A stretch of DNA of 63,972 nt, the filler included, from Reclinomonas americana ATCC 50394 (Eukaryota): NCBI GenBank assembly GCA_048213135.1. It is 15 parts of 15 records of this genome, joined end to end, with 100 filler letters (N's around TTAATTAATTAA, not from the genome) between each part and the next. Parts side by side here need not be neighbours in the genome. Positions count along the whole stretch, not along the records: positions 62,665 to 63,972 come from AFZH01019726.1; 14 more parts are not named here. One strand, given 5' to 3'. Every line of letters begins with the position of its first letter. The first letter of the stretch is position 1. A program made the position numbers and the translations under genes. The notes below the pieces were generated by a model that was given only the letters and a program-made list of their open reading frames with translations, had not been told where the DNA came from and ran no database searches. Below, one piece after another: positions 62,735-63,972 of this stretch.

Positions 62735-63345
62735 AGTACCATCTGCGTTCGTGGCGTTGGCACGCAGCGCCAGCAGATACTGTCGCTGTTCGACGAGCGC
62801 GAATGGCTCGAAGCGGATTTGCCGCGGTTGTGAGGAATCCAGTCCAGGCAAGCCGCTGAAGTGGTCGCTCGGCAGACTTGTGACATTGCCAGACGCGATA
62901 TCTGCTGCTGGCATCAGCGGAAGGCGTAGCAAGATGGCGTGAGACGCTAGAAAACGAGACCTTGCAGTGTCCAATAGTACGTCAACGGCGTGACCGAGGA
63001 CGACACTGTCGCGCGAGCCAGATACGATAGCGACGTGTCAATGACGCTCTGCTGCGGTACGACGCCTCGCTCGGAACGCTGGAATGGAGGAATGCTAATG
63101 AGCGGAAACGGAGACGTTGGATGACACTTGGCGGGCGCGACGAACCAGTTCCATAATGATGCTCATGCGGTGATCGACCACCATTGGCAGGACCGTGGAC
63201 GCAGTGCGAGTTCCGCGCTGCACGGTGACAGTGATGGTAAAGGTGCCGCGGAAGAGGTTGGAGATGGTGAGCGCGGAGTCGGTGAGCGTGTCCGTGGTAC
63301 ACCTGGCCGCCGAGGGTCCCACACACACCCAGGTGTACCGGGTGT
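62735..63345 (-). CDS. Internal exons of a REJ/PKD-like beta-sandwich surface protein (partial at both ends)
   Basis: YTWVCVGP...LTISNLFRGTFTITVTVQRGTRTAS; PLTYYWTLQ; FEPFALVEQRQYLLALRA. The pattern resembles REJ modules; family assignment is tentative. Confidence 0.45.
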
Positions 63346-63972
63346 CGAGGTTCTGTGTGCGAGAGATTGAGAAGGTTGGCCAAGGGGACCAGCAGTGTCT
63401 CCTCTTGAGAAAGGAAAGATATTGTGCTCTGTCTGCGCTTTGCACACTCGACGATGAGAATGGCAACGCTCGCTCTTCTCTTCCCACGTCTTGTCTTCGA
63501 TAACTAGCGACTCTGATGCTCATTGTCTGTCGATGACTGAGAAGGAGAAAGAAGTCCTGCTCTCCGTGCCTCTCTCCTGGCCTCTCATGCTGTGTCCAGC
63601 TACTTCGGAGCTCACTGTCTGTCGATGGATGAGAAAGTGAATGAAATCCTGCTCTCCCAGTGTCTCTTTCACGTGATCCTCTCATGCTTTGCACCAGTCA
63701 TTCTGAAGCGGTCGATGAATGGGAAAGAGAAAGAAACTCTTCCCGTTCTGTGCCCTCTTTCTCTCGTTACCTCTCACGCTGTGTCCAGCCACTCGGATGC
63801 TCACTCTCTACCACACAAGAAGGTCTTCTCCATGCGCCTCCCTCTCATGAATGTACCCGACCACTCTGCCAGCTGAAACAAAACACTGTTGTTCTCCCAC
63901 TCTTGCTCCACTCCCTCGTCGCCCTCAATGCTGATCCTGTCCCATTGCCGTCTCCCCTTCTCTCTCTCTCTC

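Overview
This is eukaryotic nuclear DNA, probably from a protist. It is GC-rich, gene-dense and extremely intron-rich, with most introns about 60-85 nt plus a few long repeat-filled ones. It consists of 15 contigs joined by fourteen artificial 100-nt linkers (N44-TTAATTAATTAA-N44). Reconstructing exons by hand gives, in order: a very large IP3-receptor-like Ca2+ channel with an N-terminal GRAM domain, a secreted histidine phosphatase, uracil phosphoribosyltransferase, Prp8, a RanBP1-domain protein, PIG-V, several hypothetical proteins, a degenerate nuclease-fold+kinase gene, a LolD/AbcH-type ABC ATPase, two DUSP-UBL proteins without a peptidase domain, a tandem array of at least 6 intronless WD40 genes, Spt20, a CDGSH Fe-S protein and a REJ/PKD-like fragment. 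The most striking signal is in the splice sites. About 30 introns use a 5' splice site shifted by one base (|GTTGCGT, |GTTGAGT, |GTTTCGT instead of |GTGCGT, |GTGAGT), and these are used almost only when the last exon base is not G. This looks like a second major class of donor site. All gene models are manual and have no transcript support.
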